From Octopus sinensis (taxonomy: Eukaryota), in contig NW_021831285.1 in assembly GCF_006345805.1 (NCBI RefSeq), positions 1 to 64,000 of the forward strand: 64,000 nucleotides of DNA. The letters are read 5' to 3'. A model generated the notes under the pieces. That model saw only the letters and a list, made by a program, of their open reading frames with translations, was not told the DNA's origin and made no database searches. Of this stretch, positions 63,076 through 64,000 are shown in pieces. Every line of letters starts with the position of its first letter. Within the stretch, counting starts at the first letter, position 1. The position numbers and the translations under genes were made by a program.

Positions 63076-63471
63076 TCTATATACCTATTAAAGCGCAATG
63101 TTGTATGTTTGTTTGTATGTTTGTTTGTTCCAGCGTAACTCTCAGATTAATGGATGGATTTTAATTTGTAAAATGATTTGAACACCTAGGATGAAGTTCG
63201 AGGATTTGTATGTTTTGGAATTTGAAAATTCGTTCAGTTTCCTGTACTTTTGAGGGATTTCAGCCTTTTTTTCCCTTGCTCTTTGTGGTGCATATTGTTA
63301 TATGTTTAATTAATGTTTTAATTTACGTCTTAATTTACATGCTTGGAGTAATTGACAATTTAACGTGCAGTAATGCTAATTTATAACTCCTTAAAAATGT
63401 ATCAAATATTAGGATAGATAGCCTTCCGCAGGAGCTAGGCCCTGGCACGCGTAGCGTGCGCAGGTGTCTAG
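63076..63471 (+). mobile_element. Non-autonomous mini-Helitron
   Basis: A|TCTATATA...(TGTT)n...hairpin GCACGC-GTA-GCGTGC...CTAG|T; shares CCGCAGGAGCTAGG with the 49829 Helitron end. Confidence 0.85.
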
Positions 63472-63660
63472 TTTCGTTTTAATCCTTTACATATTGTGAC
63501 TTTTTTTAATATCCAAATTTCACAATTAATGTTTAATTTGATTTATTTAAGTAAAAATTTACTTATTGTTTAAGTAAACTTTACTTTTTTATGACTTTTT
63601 ATAATTATGAGATTTTTTGGTATTTGTTCATTTGATCACGGCGTTTTTCTTCATCTAGAT

Positions 63661-64000
63661 CAGTGTTTCTTAATTTTTTTGACCGGGGACCACTTTAGTC
63701 TGTTCAATTTTTCTAGGGACCACATGTAAAAAAACTAATAAAAAAACTAACAAAATTAAAAAATCATTATATTTATTGTTAGTATTATATTTATTGTCTT
63801 GCTTTTAGAAACTAGCTGTTCAATTTTTGGTGCTATGTTTGTAAGTGCCATTCTCATTTCGTCTTCAACCTTAAGTCGGTTGTGAACTTTACTCTTCAGA
63901 GTAGCAAGACAAGAGACTAAAATTTTGCATAAATAAGTAGTTGGAAAAGGAATTATCACTTCAAGTGCATTTTTACTTAAGATTGGATATTCATTAATAA
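63661..64000 (-). mobile_element. hAT (Buster-like) 3' end
   Basis: Terminus CAGTG at 63661; PFPTTYLC...K.K..NRL.VED.MR.AL. Confidence 0.75.

Noticed and set aside
1-64000. Myxozoan or microsporidian source genome
   Set aside because: An axonemal dynein relic with host-style introns argues for a ciliated organism; ETS and PTB-SH2 genes exclude microsporidia.

Overview
This is AT-rich, transposon-dense eukaryotic (metazoan) DNA, with no prokaryotic features, rRNA or CRISPR. Host genes have tiny GT-AG introns, nearly all 23-29 nt. Together with an ETS gene, a PTB-SH2 adaptor and an axonemal dynein relic, this best fits a dicyemid mesozoan (inference). Host genes reconstructed by hand: a KIF13/Khc-73-like FHA + CAP-Gly protein with an apparently dead motor (19821-22094), a Shc-like PTB-SH2 adaptor, a miniaturised KAT6/MOZ-like MYST acetyltransferase (39708-41800), an intronless divergent ETS factor, a NitFhit fusion (54957-56408), one hypothetical gene and a decayed DNAH2-like dynein fragment. 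Most of the rest is mobile DNA: CRE- and R4-like restriction-endonuclease retrotransposons, RTE- and Jockey-like LINEs, hAT, Tc1, pogo, Merlin, Ginger2-like integrase transposons and Helitrons, often nested. The most striking structures are two independent LINE insertions (one RTE-like, one CRE-like) with intact target-site duplications and a twin-priming-type 5' inversion, and a full-length R4-like element whose ORF is restored by removing a precisely inserted Helitron. All family assignments are by-eye motif recognition; no searches were run.
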